A stretch of DNA of 64,000 nucleotides from Candidatus Latescibacterota bacterium (GCA_965204725.1 OZ242005.1:4256001-4320000); one strand, 5' to 3'. Counted from the first letter of the stretch, positions 18,496 through 29,637 are shown. Notes: generated by a model not told the origin, from the sequence alone. Translations and numbers: made by a program.

Positions 18496-19959
18496 TTACT
18501 CTGGAATCCTCAGCAACCGGACATCGATTCCGGTATCAGGCCGCCAAAGCCAGAAAAGCGCAGACTGCCCCTCTTCCAGCCCAGAAACAAAGCGCACAAA
18601 TTGCTCCAACGAGGTAACGCGCTCTTGATCTACTTCGGTAATCACATCGCGCACTTGGATGCCTTTGTCCGCTGCCAGCCCCTTGGGATCTACTTCAACT
18701 ACCACCACCGGCCCCTCGCCGCGCTCAAGACCCAGTTCAGCCGCCAACTCGTCGCCAAACCCCAGTTCGGCCGCCAATTCGGCGGACAGGGATTCAACGG
18801 AGAACCCTAGCTGTGCTATCCGCTGATGGCCCGCCGAGAGAAGCCGGTCGTCTTCGCGCTCGCCGAGCACCACGGCGACTTGGTGAAGCTGGCTCTGGCG
18901 CATGATTTGCAGGTTGACCGTCTCGCCCGGGTCGCGACTGTAGATCAGCGTCTGCAAGTGGTTGAAGTGGTTCACCGGGATACCATCGAGCGACAGGATG
19001 ACGTCCCCCCCGAGCAGGCCACCGCGCTCGGCAGGGCTGTTGGGCTGCACTTGTCGGAGGTAAACCCCCCGTGGCCGTTCCATGTTGAGGTCGTACTTGC
19101 GGACGAGCTCTTGGGTCATCTCAGATTCCATGGTCACGCCCAGATGGCCGCGTACGATCCGTCCGTGGATCAGTAGATCGTCAACCACTTCGCGCGCTAG
19201 GTTGATCGGCACGGCCAGCCCGTAGCCGATGTAGTAACCAGTGCGCGTTGAAATGGCCGTGTTGATTCCAACGACTCTGCCCTGTAGGTCGAGCAGAGGG
19301 CCGCCGGAGTTGCCCGGATTGATCACGGCATTGGTCTGGATGAAGCTCTCGATGGCATAGCGATTTTCTTCGTTGTCGTTAAAAATACCTGCTTGACGCC
19401 CTAGCGCACTGACGATTCCGTGCGTTAGCGTTGACCCCATGCCCAAGGGATGGCCGATGGCCAGCACCCAGTCGCCGATTTGCAAAAGGTCTGAGTCGGC
19501 CAACTGCACAGTAGGCAGCCCCGGGGCGTCAACCTTGAGCAGGGCGATGTCAATCAGCGAGTCAAAGCCGATGACCTCAGCTTGATAGGTGCGGCGGTCA
19601 GAGAGGGTGACTCGGATGGAGTCGGCACCGGCGACGACGTGGTAATTGCTCAGAATGTAGCCGTCGTCGCTAACGATAGTACCCGAGCCTATGCCGCGAA
19701 AATCTTCGGGGATTTCCGGGTGGAAAGGGGGCAATACGCGCTTCCGCCATGTTCGGGTCGTCGCCGAGATTAAAACCACAGCCGGCCGCACTTGTTCATA
19801 GACTTGGCGGAAAGCCCTGCTGAGGTCCGCTAGCGGCTGGGTGCTCTCCACCGGCATTTGCGCCCCGGCCGGGCTCCCGCCCGCAAGCAACGCGGCAATA
19901 AAGGCGATGCCCACCCACGGGCGACAAGTGCCAAACAGGATGGAGGGGTTTCGCTTCAT
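18496..19959 (-). CDS. degP: DegP/HtrA serine protease with two PDZ domains
   Basis: SNYHVV, DIALLKV, INPGNSGGPL; signal peptide. Confidence 0.92.
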   Translation of the reverse strand: MKRNPSILFGTCRPWVGIAFIAALLAGGSPAGAQMPVESTQPLADLSRAFRQVYEQVRPAVVLISATTRTWRKRVLPPFHPEIPEDFRGIGSGTIVSDDGYILSNYHVVAGADSIRVTLSDRRTYQAEVIGFDSLIDIALLKVDAPGLPTVQLADSDLLQIGDWVLAIGHPLGMGSTLTHGIVSALGRQAGIFNDNEENRYAIESFIQTNAVINPGNSGGPLLDLQGRVVGINTAISTRTGYYIGYGLAVPINLAREVVDDLLIHGRIVRGHLGVTMESEMTQELVRKYDLNMERPRGVYLRQVQPNSPAERGGLLGGDVILSLDGIPVNHFNHLQTLIYSRDPGETVNLQIMRQSQLHQVAVVLGEREDDRLLSAGHQRIAQLGFSVESLSAELAAELGFGDELAAELGLERGEGPVVVVEVDPKGLAADKGIQVRDVITEVDQERVTSLEQFVRFVSGLEEGQSALFWLWRPDTGIDVRLLRIPE

Positions 19960-21518
19960 CCGAGGTCGTATTCCTTCAACTTCCGGTAGAGCGTACGAGT
20001 ACTGATGTCGAGAATTGCCGCCGCCTTCCGGCGGTTGCCACCGACGCGGTCGAGTGCCTGTTCGATGGCTTCCCGCTCCATGTCTTTGAGTGTGGGCAAA
20101 GGCTCAATAGCTGCATTTTCGGGAATGCGTATTGCGGCCGGCTCTTTGGGGTCTGTGGGCTTGTATGGGGCGTCCTCGACCGGGTAAACGGGCTGACTTG
20201 ATTCCTCGGGCGCGACCGGCTGAATGACCGCTGGTGCTACGGGCGGTGCCATGGGAACATTGCGCTCGACAGCCGCTCTTAGCTCGGCGACCTCGCGCTT
20301 GAGATCCAAGAGCGCAAAGTAAATCAACTCGCGCTCAGACTGGTCTGGCGTCTTGTTGGTTGGCACTGGCAGGTGGCGCGTGGGTTGGCTCTCTAGATGG
20401 GGCACTAGGTCTTCGGGTTCAATGAGGGCACGCGGGGTGAGGAAGACCAGGTGCTCAACTAGGTTCCGCAACTCGCGCACATTGCCGGGCCAAGCATAGC
20501 CTTGCAAAAGGTCAACCGCCGCCGCCGAAAACCCCTCTAGGCGGCTCTTGGTATCTCGGGTCAACTCGCTGATGAAGTGCTCGATCAAGAGGGGAATGTC
20601 CTCGGCCCGGCGGCGTAGCGAGGGGATGTCGAGCTCGACGACCTTGAGCCGATGGTAGAGGTCGAGGCGGAACTCGCGCTGTTCAACCGCCTTTTGTAGG
20701 TCGCGATTGGTCGCGGCGATGACGCGAATATCCACCGCGATGGGTGCGCTGCCGCCGATGCGGACCACCTCGCGCTGTTCGAGGACCCGCAAGAGGCGCA
20801 CTTGTGCCGCCAGCGACATCTCGCCGATTTCGTCTAGAAAGACTGTTCCCTTATTAGCTTGTTCAAAGATGCCCCGGTACTGGGCGCGGGCGTCAGTGAA
20901 AGCTCCCTTCTCATGTCCAAAGAGTTCGTTCTCCAGCAGATTCTCTGGAATGGCACCGCAGTTGAGCGGACGGAAAGGATGTTCGCACCGGGTGCTGTAG
21001 CGATGCAGCGCTTCGGCGACTAGATCCTTGCCCGCGCCGCTTTCGCCCGTCAGTAGGATAGAGGAAACCGGCGTCGGTGCCACGATTAAGATGCGTTCGC
21101 GCAACTGGCGCATTAAGGGCGACTGCCCCACCAGCTCAGCCCCGCGCAAAAAGTCCCCGCGCTCTAGTAGCTGGTCTAGATGTTGGCGCAGGACTCCGGC
21201 CTTAAAGGGCACGGCGATTTGGTCTTTGAGCGGCGAGCCCCACAAAAGGCGGTCCCACCCCTCGTCGGCATTGCCCACGCCTAGGATGGGTACATCGCGG
21301 TATTGGTCGAGTGCAGCGACTCCCGCTGCTAGGACGTCGGGCGGAAGTTCCATGTCAAAGGCGACTAGGTCCAGCCCGCGCCGCAGCAGCGGCCCAAGCG
21401 CGTCGCCGTTAGCCGCGTTGAGTACGCGTAACCGCACGTCGTGGATCGCGGACTTGAACTCCGCTGCCAGCTCTGATCGCTGGGTCAGGAGCAGAATGTG
21501 ACGTTGAGTCGGGGCCAT
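19956..21518 (-). CDS. sigma54-dependent Fis-family transcriptional activator with receiver-like N-terminus
   Basis: GESGAGKD, ELFGHEKGAFTDA, FLDEIGE, WPGNVREL, C-terminal HTH. Confidence 0.93.
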   Translation of the reverse strand: MAPTQRHILLLTQRSELAAEFKSAIHDVRLRVLNAANGDALGPLLRRGLDLVAFDMELPPDVLAAGVAALDQYRDVPILGVGNADEGWDRLLWGSPLKDQIAVPFKAGVLRQHLDQLLERGDFLRGAELVGQSPLMRQLRERILIVAPTPVSSILLTGESGAGKDLVAEALHRYSTRCEHPFRPLNCGAIPENLLENELFGHEKGAFTDARAQYRGIFEQANKGTVFLDEIGEMSLAAQVRLLRVLEQREVVRIGGSAPIAVDIRVIAATNRDLQKAVEQREFRLDLYHRLKVVELDIPSLRRRAEDIPLLIEHFISELTRDTKSRLEGFSAAAVDLLQGYAWPGNVRELRNLVEHLVFLTPRALIEPEDLVPHLESQPTRHLPVPTNKTPDQSERELIYFALLDLKREVAELRAAVERNVPMAPPVAPAVIQPVAPEESSQPVYPVEDAPYKPTDPKEPAAIRIPENAAIEPLPTLKDMEREAIEQALDRVGGNRRKAAAILDISTRTLYRKLKEYDLG

Positions 21519-21540
21519 AATTCTCTCTGCTGTCGTCGCC

Positions 21541-24500
21541 TCAGTTGAGGTTGTCCAACTTGTGGCGCAGGGTCTCGATGCGCTCGCGGGCTAGCTGCCC
21601 CTGTGGACTCTGGCCCCCTTCGCGCCGGGCGATGCGCTCGTAGATGGTCATGGCGGTGGTATGTTCACCCAGCGATTCGTGGCAGCGGGCGCGCTGGAAA
21701 TCCGCCGAGGTAATCCACATGCTGAGTCCTTCGTCGCCGTGGTAGCTGACTTTGTAATAGGCTTGGATAGCCTTGCGGTACTCGCCCATGTTCTGATAGG
21801 ATTCGCCGATGTAAAACCGGGCTTCGGAAGCGTTGTTCCCATTGAGTAGCTGTTGGGAAAGCAGGTCGTCTAGCCGTTCAATGGCTTGGGCGTATTGACC
21901 CTTATTCTTGAGGATGATACCCAACTCGAGTTGGGCCTCAACGGCCTTGGGACTCTCGGGGTACTGGCTCAGTAGCTGATTGGCTACTTGGTGAGCGGCC
22001 TCGTACTCATGGGCGCTTTGGTAGCTCTTGAGGAGTTTCCACATCGCGTCTTGGGCCTGTTCGCGGCTGACTTCTGGCGCGTCCAAGGCGTGTTTGTAGG
22101 CCCCGGCCGCTTGTAGGAAGTTGTGCAGCGAAAAGTGGTAGTCGCCTAGGCGCAAGTAGGCTTCATCTACATGGGGACTGGTCGGATATTCCCGTACAAA
22201 GCGCGATACGGCCTCCAATGAGTAGGCCGCCCATTCCTCGCTGGGCTCTGCCTTGTTTCGCTTCCACAGCGTCACGGCCATCCAATAGGCTCCGTCGTCG
22301 GCCCATCTGCCTCCTTGCTTTTCCACCGCTTGAAAAAGCTCGTAAGCCTTCTTGTAGTTACCAGCCTGTAAATAGTATTTCCCTTCTTCAACCCGGAAGC
22401 GTTGACGCCACTCGGTCTCCTCCTCGAACCGCTTGGCAAACCGCTTGGCTGCTTTGCGCCCCTCCTCTACGCGCTTGAGTCGGAACAGGGCGAGGACAGC
22501 TTGTCCGTGGATCAGGGTATCCTCGCTCTGCTCCAGCAAGGGCTGATAGAGTTGGTAGGCTTGTTTGTATTGCTGTCGGGCAAAGGCGATGTGGCCGGAC
22601 CGCGCCGAGGCTTCGGCCGCCAACCCGCTCGCTGCAAACTCTCGGCCGACCTTGCGGAAGAGCCGGAGTGCCTCGTCTTCTCGACCTAACCTCAGTTGCA
22701 GAACCGCTTGAGAGAAGTAAATGCTGTCTAATCCAGCCGGGTTCGGTTCTTCGGCGAGTATCTGCCGATAGGTCTCCATGGCCTCACCATAGAGGTTTAG
22801 GTGGTGGTAAGAGCGACCGAGTCGGCGGAGAATCGGTCCTCTGTCGTCGGTGATCGTCGGGTTCGAGACCAGCGGTTGATACAACTCGATGGCGGCGGCG
22901 TATTGGCCGCGCTGAAAATAGGTGTCGCCCAACAGTTTCTGTGCGGCGCGGCGCTGGGGAAAGGCCGGATAACCCCAGCGCAACTCTTGCAGTCGGGCGA
23001 TGGCTTCTTGGGGCCGCTCCTGCGCTAGGCGGATATGGCCCAGCTCAAAGAGCACTGGGGCCGTCAGCGGACTGTCGGGATAGTCTCTCAGAACGCGCTC
23101 GAGCGAGTCGGCCGCTGCTTGGTGTTGTCCTTTTTGCACTAGGCAAAGACTCTTGCCGTACAGAGCGTGGGGTACGAGTGGACTATTAGAAAAGAGTTGA
23201 CGAAGCTGGTCGTAGGCCGCAATGGCCTCGTCGGTCCAAGTGCTATCGGTCGCCCCGAGCTGGCGGCGGGCATCGCCTAGTTGCAAAAGAGCTTGGTCTA
23301 GATGGCCCCCTCGGCTCCCGGAAAACTCGGCGACGAAAGCAGCAATTCCCTCTTCGAGAGCTGACAACCGCAGCGAATCGGGGCTATCCTCCGCTTCGAT
23401 TTTAATAAGGCGCAGTCGGGCGCGCTGGCCCCAAGTGCTGCTGTCGCTGGGGGATTGCTCGGTGAGAAAGCGATATTCCCGTAGGGCGAGTGCCCGCAGC
23501 GAGTCCGCGCTAAAAGGCTCCGCTTCTAGCTGGCGTTGGCGGGAGAGCTTGAGCAGACTTTCGGCCAAAAAGTACTGCGCCTCGTTGCTGTTGTGATCGT
23601 CGGGATAAGTCGTGGCGTAGTGTTTGAAAAGTTGGGCGGCAGTTACAAAATCGTGGTGCGAGAAAAGCATCCGGGCTACCTCTAGCAGTACTAGTTGGCG
23701 CGACTTGCCGCTCAATTCATCGATCCAAGTTTTCTGTAGGGCTTGGTTGAGGCTGGCTGGATCCAAGACGGTGAACTCGCGCAGATATTCGATTCGCTGG
23801 CGCACCGCCCCGCTCCGGCGGTTGGCGGGAAAGAGCTCGAGGAAGGCCACGTATTCGCGCAGTGCCGTACGCGGCTGTCCACTTTGCTCAAAGGTTTGGG
23901 CGAGGGCGAATTGTGCATCAGTTGCCACCTCGTCCTGACCCGAAGCGAGCTGGCGATAGAGCGAGACGGCTTCTTCGTAGTAGCCGGTTGAGGCATAGAG
24001 CGCGGCGAGCTCAAAGCGCACGGCGTCGGCAGCCTCATCGGTTTCCTGTAGGTAGCGGCGATACCAAGTTATGGAGCGCTGGTGATAATTGGTTGCCACC
24101 TCGTCCCGACCCGAAGCTAGGCTGCGGTCGCCGCGCCGCTTGTAGAGGACGCCCAGTTCCCCTAGAGCACTGATGGCTTCGGGGCTGCCGCCGGTCTGGA
24201 GCAATCCTTGAAACAGGCCGACCGCGAGGGCAAATTGTCCGGCTTGGCCTAGGGCGATGGCCCGGCCTAGCTGCGCCCTGAGATAGTCGGGGTGGTCGGG
24301 TTGGAGCATGGTGCTTAGCTCGTTGTAGTGGGTGATGGCTTGGCGCGTCTGATGACTCTGGCGGCGGGCATCGGCTAGCCCTAGGAGCGCGTGTTCTTTG
24401 AGGGAGCGGTCGTCAATTTTGTTAAAGGCTCGCTGATAGGCGTCCCCAGCTTGGCTAAATAGGCGCGATCTATAGAGATCGTTTGCGCGATCTAGATAGG

Positions 24501-25242
24501 CACTGTCAGTCTGCGCCGCCTTCGGAAAACGCCGCTCCAGCGATTTGAATCGCTTCTCAGCGGTTTCCCTGTTGCCCATAAAGAGAGCGATGCGCCCTCC
24601 GAGAAGCAGGGCGCTAGGGGCTTCAGGCGGCGGCGGTGTAGTGGCGGCGATTTGCCCGAGTAGCTGTTGGGCTTCTTCGGCCCGACCAGCGGCAAAGCGC
24701 AACTGGGCCAGCCGGTAGCGCGCCAAATGCACTCGGTCAACAGTCGCGTAGTCGGTCAGCAGGCGTCCGTAAACGGCTTCGGCTTGCCGCAAATTTTCGG
24801 CGCGGGTATAATTAGCCGCGGCTTCAATCAGGGCACTGGCGGCGAACTCGCTGGCACTGAAACGACGCTGAACCTCTTCGTATGAGCGGGCAGCCAACAG
24901 GTATTGGCCTTGCTCGGCCAAACAAGCCGCTCGCTCGCGCCGTGCGTCGGCGGTATTCAAGTGATCGGGATGTTCGAGATAAAAGGTCGCGTAGGCCGGC
25001 ACCGCTAGGTCGCAACGGCCGCTCTGGCGGTACGCACGCGCCAGCATCAGCCGGGCCTCGGCTAGCTGCGGATTATCGGGATAATTGCGAATAAACTCGG
25101 CGAACAGCCCGGCGGCCGTAGCATAGTCGCCGGCATCCCGGAAGAGATTGCGGGCTAGTTTGAAGTCGTCCTCTGCGTTCGTTTGCGCCCAACTCTGGGT
25201 GTTTAAGCAAAGGAAAAGCACTACGATCAACGTTGCAAACAT
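21541..25242 (-). CDS. Large secreted TPR-repeat protein (BamD/YbgF-like repeats)
   Basis: Signal peptide MFATLIVV..., many repeats with YPDSP-type turns; SD upstream of 25242. Confidence 0.85.
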   Translation of the reverse strand: MFATLIVVLFLCLNTQSWAQTNAEDDFKLARNLFRDAGDYATAAGLFAEFIRNYPDNPQLAEARLMLARAYRQSGRCDLAVPAYATFYLEHPDHLNTADARRERAACLAEQGQYLLAARSYEEVQRRFSASEFAASALIEAAANYTRAENLRQAEAVYGRLLTDYATVDRVHLARYRLAQLRFAAGRAEEAQQLLGQIAATTPPPPEAPSALLLGGRIALFMGNRETAEKRFKSLERRFPKAAQTDSAYLDRANDLYRSRLFSQAGDAYQRAFNKIDDRSLKEHALLGLADARRQSHQTRQAITHYNELSTMLQPDHPDYLRAQLGRAIALGQAGQFALAVGLFQGLLQTGGSPEAISALGELGVLYKRRGDRSLASGRDEVATNYHQRSITWYRRYLQETDEAADAVRFELAALYASTGYYEEAVSLYRQLASGQDEVATDAQFALAQTFEQSGQPRTALREYVAFLELFPANRRSGAVRQRIEYLREFTVLDPASLNQALQKTWIDELSGKSRQLVLLEVARMLFSHHDFVTAAQLFKHYATTYPDDHNSNEAQYFLAESLLKLSRQRQLEAEPFSADSLRALALREYRFLTEQSPSDSSTWGQRARLRLIKIEAEDSPDSLRLSALEEGIAAFVAEFSGSRGGHLDQALLQLGDARRQLGATDSTWTDEAIAAYDQLRQLFSNSPLVPHALYGKSLCLVQKGQHQAAADSLERVLRDYPDSPLTAPVLFELGHIRLAQERPQEAIARLQELRWGYPAFPQRRAAQKLLGDTYFQRGQYAAAIELYQPLVSNPTITDDRGPILRRLGRSYHHLNLYGEAMETYRQILAEEPNPAGLDSIYFSQAVLQLRLGREDEALRLFRKVGREFAASGLAAEASARSGHIAFARQQYKQAYQLYQPLLEQSEDTLIHGQAVLALFRLKRVEEGRKAAKRFAKRFEEETEWRQRFRVEEGKYYLQAGNYKKAYELFQAVEKQGGRWADDGAYWMAVTLWKRNKAEPSEEWAAYSLEAVSRFVREYPTSPHVDEAYLRLGDYHFSLHNFLQAAGAYKHALDAPEVSREQAQDAMWKLLKSYQSAHEYEAAHQVANQLLSQYPESPKAVEAQLELGIILKNKGQYAQAIERLDDLLSQQLLNGNNASEARFYIGESYQNMGEYRKAIQAYYKVSYHGDEGLSMWITSADFQRARCHESLGEHTTAMTIYERIARREGGQSPQGQLARERIETLRHKLDNLN

Positions 25243-25313
25243 ATCAATCCTCAAGCGTATGCCAATCTGACATTTAGATTGAATATAGTAAAATGCGGTC
25301 AAGGTGTGCAGCG

Positions 25314-26171
25314 ATGGATATCCGGCTGGTCGAAAAAGCATACGCAAAAATAAACTTAGGGCTTAAGGTTCTCGGCCGCCGCCCCGATGGCTACCACGAG
25401 ATCCTCAGCGTGGCTCAATGCGTGGACTTAGCGGACGTCTTATACCTTAGACCCTCTTCCTCCGATCATTTGACCTGTAGCCTCGATGGCCTATCGACCG
25501 GGCCGGACAATTTGGTGTGCCGCGCAGTTGATGCCTTTCGCGCTCGGCTCAACCGGCCGACTCACTCGTTCCGCATCCACCTAGAAAAGAATATTCCCAT
25601 AGGTGCGGGCCTAGGCGGAGGCAGTGCTGATGCAGCAGCGGCCCTGCGGGCACTCAATCGCTTCTATGACCAGCCATTCTCAAACGTGGGCCTTCGCCAG
25701 ATCGCCGCTACCCTTGGCTCGGACATTCCCTTTCTAGTGGAAAGCGGCACCGCTCTAATGAGAGGCCGAGGTGAAGTTCTCGAAGTGCTGAGTTGGGAGG
25801 GAGCAGTCTTTTACGTGCTGGCGTACCCCGAGATCGAGCTCAGCACGGCGTGGGCATATAACCAACTCGGCTCCATCTTGACAGAAAATTCTCCCTATTC
25901 TAAATTTATCAATTCCCTGAGCGACGGGTGCGTTGACCACGACAGGTTATTTGAAGTGCTGGAGAACGACTTCACGCCCGCGGTAGATCGTACCTATCCC
26001 ATCGTCGCAGAACTTCGTTCTCAACTGGACCAAGTTGGTGCTCGCGCCACGTCAATGTCGGGCAGCGGCTCCACTGTTTACGGTATCTTCGACGACCGGA
26101 AGGCCGCCTCTCAGGCGCAGAGCGCACTGCAAGGGCAAGGTTGCCGGTCTTTTTTATGTCAGCCAGTCTAG
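25314..26171 (+). CDS. ispE: 4-diphosphocytidyl-2-C-methyl-D-erythritol kinase
   Basis: AYAKINLGL, KNIPIGAGLGGGSADAAA, MSGSGSTV. Confidence 0.96.
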   Translation: MDIRLVEKAYAKINLGLKVLGRRPDGYHEILSVAQCVDLADVLYLRPSSSDHLTCSLDGLSTGPDNLVCRAVDAFRARLNRPTHSFRIHLEKNIPIGAGLGGGSADAAAALRALNRFYDQPFSNVGLRQIAATLGSDIPFLVESGTALMRGRGEVLEVLSWEGAVFYVLAYPEIELSTAWAYNQLGSILTENSPYSKFINSLSDGCVDHDRLFEVLENDFTPAVDRTYPIVAELRSQLDQVGARATSMSGSGSTVYGIFDDRKAASQAQSALQGQGCRSFLCQPV

Positions 26172-26201
26172 CTTGGGAAAGAGCGAGGCATAGAGATAGG
26201 T

Positions 26202-26276
26202 AGCCCGGTCGTTCAATTGGTAGGACAACGGATTTTGGTTCCGTTTATCGAGGTTCGAGTCCTCGCCGGGCTGCCA
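26202..26276 (+). tRNA. tRNA-Gln (UUG)
   Basis: Cloverleaf: AGCCCGG/CCGGGCT acceptor, ACGGA-TTTTGGT-TCCGT anticodon arm, CGAGG-TTCGAGT-CCTCG T arm, G-CCA end. Confidence 0.96.
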
Positions 26277-26319
26277 TTATGCCATTGGTTTTGATTGAGT
26301 CTTTTGAGGAGATGTTCCA

Positions 26320-27000
26320 ATGCCGCAAGTCCCACTACAAATCCAAGCGCGCGAGCAGGTCGCGCTCAAAGTCCAGTCCCGCCGGGAGCAGGGCAAAGGC
26401 CCGGCGGGCCAGTTGCGCCGCCTGCAGGGCCAGTTGCCTGGGGTGATCTACGGCCACAATCAGCCCTCTGAGTCCTTCAAGACGGATGCCCATGGCTTGG
26501 ATCGCATCCTGAGTAAGGGGGGGCAAAACGCGATCATCTTGGTTGAGCACGAAGAATCCGATAAGGGCTCTGAGCAGGCCCTGATTCGCGACATTCAATA
26601 CCATAAAGTCCGCGGCGATGTACTACACTTAGACCTCTTGCGCATTGATCCGAGCGAGACGCTGCGCGCCAATGTACCGCTCCTGACGGAGGGGGTGCCC
26701 GAAGGCGTCCGCAACGAGGGCGGGGCCTTGCAGCAGACGCTGACCTCAATCGAAATGGAATGCGTCGTCTCAGAAATGCCCGCCGCGATGGTAATCGACA
26801 TCTCTGCGCTGGTCATCGGCGATAGCCTTCATGTGAGTGATCTCCTCGAACAGGAGCCGCGCATTACTACCGACCCGTCCCGCACGATTGTCAATATCTT
26901 GGCTCCGCGCTTGGTCGCTGCCGAGGAAGAAGCCGAGGAGCCTGAAGTCCCCGAAGGCGAAGGCGAAACAGGCGAAGGCGACGAGGGTGGCGAAGAGTAG
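26320..27000 (+). CDS. rplY: 50S ribosomal protein L25/Ctc
   Basis: PGVIYGH, DIQYHKV..LHLDLL, GV..EGG.L, acidic tail. Confidence 0.95.
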   Translation: MPQVPLQIQAREQVALKVQSRREQGKGPAGQLRRLQGQLPGVIYGHNQPSESFKTDAHGLDRILSKGGQNAIILVEHEESDKGSEQALIRDIQYHKVRGDVLHLDLLRIDPSETLRANVPLLTEGVPEGVRNEGGALQQTLTSIEMECVVSEMPAAMVIDISALVIGDSLHVSDLLEQEPRITTDPSRTIVNILAPRLVAAEEEAEEPEVPEGEGETGEGDEGGEE

Positions 27001-27002
27001 GT

Positions 27003-27572
27003 TTGCAAGTAGCCTTGGGTTTGGGTAATCCCGGTGTGCGCTACGCATCAACGCGGCACAACATAGGATTTATGGTGATAGACCATCTAGCGGCCCGCTG
27101 TGGCGTTGACTGGCAGCATCGAGCAGACATACAGGGCCAAGTTGTCCGAGTCGTGCTGGGCGGTCGGGAAGTACTCTTGGTCAAGCCCCAGAGCTATATG
27201 AACCACAGCGGTCGAACCGCCGCGGCCCTTTGCTCCCAATGGGAGGTCCCTCCCGAAGACGTACTGGTCATCTTCGACGACTTCCTCCTCGACTTCGGGT
27301 GCCTGCGCTTTCGCCGTGGAGGGAGTGATGGCGGACACAACGGTTTGGCTTCGGTTCTCGAAGCACTCAATACCAAGGCTGTACCGCGTCTGCGTCTGGG
27401 GATCGGCATCCCACCCGCAGGCGCGGACATCATTGACTATGTACTGAGTCCGTTCTCTCCAGAAGACGAGGTAGAAAACTTGCTTGAGTACGGGAATGCA
27501 GCACTCGAAGTGTACTACGCCGAAGGCATTGAGGCGGCCATGAACAGGTTCAACGGTCAAAAAGTAAAGTAG
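27003..27572 (+). CDS. pth: Peptidyl-tRNA hydrolase
   Basis: [31 protein letters not shown]. Confidence 0.96.
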   Translation: MQVALGLGNPGVRYASTRHNIGFMVIDHLAARCGVDWQHRADIQGQVVRVVLGGREVLLVKPQSYMNHSGRTAAALCSQWEVPPEDVLVIFDDFLLDFGCLRFRRGGSDGGHNGLASVLEALNTKAVPRLRLGIGIPPAGADIIDYVLSPFSPEDEVENLLEYGNAALEVYYAEGIEAAMNRFNGQKVK

Positions 27573-27594
27573 TCGGGGAAGGTTACAAACGCGT

Positions 27595-29637
27595 ATGGAA
27601 ATCTGGACAACCGCAGCACCATTCATAGGTCTGGGCGGTTTGCTTTGCTCGCTCCTGCTGTACTTCTACATCAAAAAGTCTCCGGCTGGTACTCCAGAGA
27701 TGGTGGAAATCTCAGAGGCTATCCACGAGGGAGCGATGGCCTTTCTCAAACGCGAGTACACCATCCTCGCCGGGTTTATCGTCATCGTCTTTGGCCTCCT
27801 TTTTGCCTGCGTCGGCTCCCACACTGCGTACGCTTTTTTGTCGGGAGCCGTTTGCTCCATTTTGGCCGGTTATACCGGCATGAAAGCGGCCTGTCACGCC
27901 AATGTTCGCACCGCCCAAGCGGCCAACCAGCACGGCCAAGGGCCGGCCCTGAACATCGCTTTTTCAGGGGGCGCAGTGATGGGGCTTGCCGTGGCTGGCT
28001 TGGGGCTTTTCGGCGTTGGAGCTCTGGCCAGTGCCCTTGGTATCTGGGACGATATAAGCCAAGCCCCCACGATCAGTGGCTTTGCTATGGGGGCCTCTTC
28101 GATTGCCCTTTTCGCGCGCGTCGGCGGCGGTATCTTCACCAAGACCGCCGATGTGGGTGCTGACTTGGTGGGCAAAGTGGAAGCGGGGATTCCCGAGGAC
28201 GACCCCCGCAATCCGGCCGTTATCGCCGATAGTGTCGGCGACAACGTCGGTGACGTCGCCGGCATGGGTGCCGACATCTTTGAATCCTATGTCGGCTCGG
28301 TCATCGCCACCATTGCCATCGCCGCCACCGCGTCCACGGCTCTGCTGGCCACTCTCGCCCCCGGCATCTCGGACCCGACCGAGGCGAAACTGGCGGCGAT
28401 GAGCTTCCCGCTGATCGTCATTACGATCGGCATAGGAGCGTCGCTTCTGGGCGTGTTGATGGTGCGGATACTACAGAATTTTGACCCCAGTGCCGCCTTG
28501 CGTTACTCGACTTGGGTTGCCGCCGCCCTAATGATTTTAGGTGCTTGGTGGGTCGCCGGGACAATCGGCCTATCCAACAAGCCGGTGTGGGCGCTGTGCG
28601 CGGGCTGTCTGGCCGGGGTCGCGATTGGCCTTTTTACCGAGTACTACACCGGCGGCAAACCCATCCGCACCATCGCTGAAACCTCCAAGACCGGCGTGGC
28701 GACCAACATTATTTCCGGCTTGGCCATAGGCATGGAGAGCGTCGTCCTGCCAACCTTGGGAATCGTCGTCGCCATTGGCTTGGCCTTCCACTTTGCCGGG
28801 CTTTTTGGGATTGGCATCGCCGCGGTCGGTATGCTGGCCACAGTGGGTATCACCATGTCGGTCGACGCCTATGGTCCCATAGCCGACAACGCGGGCGGCA
28901 TTTCCGAAATGGCGGGCTTGGGCGAAGATACTCGCAAGATCACCGATGGCCTCGATTCACTCGGCAACACTACCGCGGCCATGGGCAAGGGGTTTGCCAT
29001 TGGTTCGGCCGCGTTGACGGCATTGGCGCTTTTTTCGGCCTATTCCTCCGCTATTGAGACCGCAACCGGCAAGCCGATCGTCATTGACGTGACTACGCCG
29101 GTTGTCGTCGGTGGGCTTTTTATCGGTGCGATGATTCCCTACCTAGCGGCCTCCATTACCATGACCTCGGTCGGCAAGGCCGCCTTCAAGATGATCGAGG
29201 AGGTCCGGCGTCAGTTCCGCGAGATCGAGGGCCTAATGGAGGGCAAGGCCAAGCCCGATACCCGGCGCTGCGTGGAGATCAGCACGGCGGCGGCACTGCG
29301 CGAGATGATTCTACCGGGCCTGTTGGCGGTGTTGGCCCCGGTCGCTGTCGGTTTTGGTCTCGGCCCCGTCGCCTTAGGCGGAATGCTCGCCGGGGCGACG
29401 GTCAGCGGCGTACTGCTGGCGCTGATGATGGCCAATAGCGGCGGGGCCTGGGACAACGCCAAAAAGTGGATCGAAGAGGGCCACTTGGGAGGCAAGGGCT
29501 CTGACCCCCACAAAGCTGCTGTCGTCGGCGATACGGTCGGCGACCCATTCAAGGACACTTCGGGGCCGTCTCTAAACATACTCATCAAGCTGATGTCGGT
29601 TATATCTCTCGTCTTGGCACCGCTTTTCGTCGTCTGA
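27595..29637 (+). CDS. hppA: Membrane-bound pyrophosphatase (K+-dependent, probably Na+-translocating)
   Basis: [55 protein letters not shown]. Confidence 0.96.
   Translation: MEIWTTAAPFIGLGGLLCSLLLYFYIKKSPAGTPEMVEISEAIHEGAMAFLKREYTILAGFIVIVFGLLFACVGSHTAYAFLSGAVCSILAGYTGMKAACHANVRTAQAANQHGQGPALNIAFSGGAVMGLAVAGLGLFGVGALASALGIWDDISQAPTISGFAMGASSIALFARVGGGIFTKTADVGADLVGKVEAGIPEDDPRNPAVIADSVGDNVGDVAGMGADIFESYVGSVIATIAIAATASTALLATLAPGISDPTEAKLAAMSFPLIVITIGIGASLLGVLMVRILQNFDPSAALRYSTWVAAALMILGAWWVAGTIGLSNKPVWALCAGCLAGVAIGLFTEYYTGGKPIRTIAETSKTGVATNIISGLAIGMESVVLPTLGIVVAIGLAFHFAGLFGIGIAAVGMLATVGITMSVDAYGPIADNAGGISEMAGLGEDTRKITDGLDSLGNTTAAMGKGFAIGSAALTALALFSAYSSAIETATGKPIVIDVTTPVVVGGLFIGAMIPYLAASITMTSVGKAAFKMIEEVRRQFREIEGLMEGKAKPDTRRCVEISTAAALREMILPGLLAVLAPVAVGFGLGPVALGGMLAGATVSGVLLALMMANSGGAWDNAKKWIEEGHLGGKGSDPHKAAVVGDTVGDPFKDTSGPSLNILIKLMSVISLVLAPLFVV

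Noticed and set aside
18731-18780. 20-bp near-duplicate at 30-bp spacing in degP (ELAAELG x2)
   Set aside because: Small in-frame duplication in a linker; only two copies, not an array
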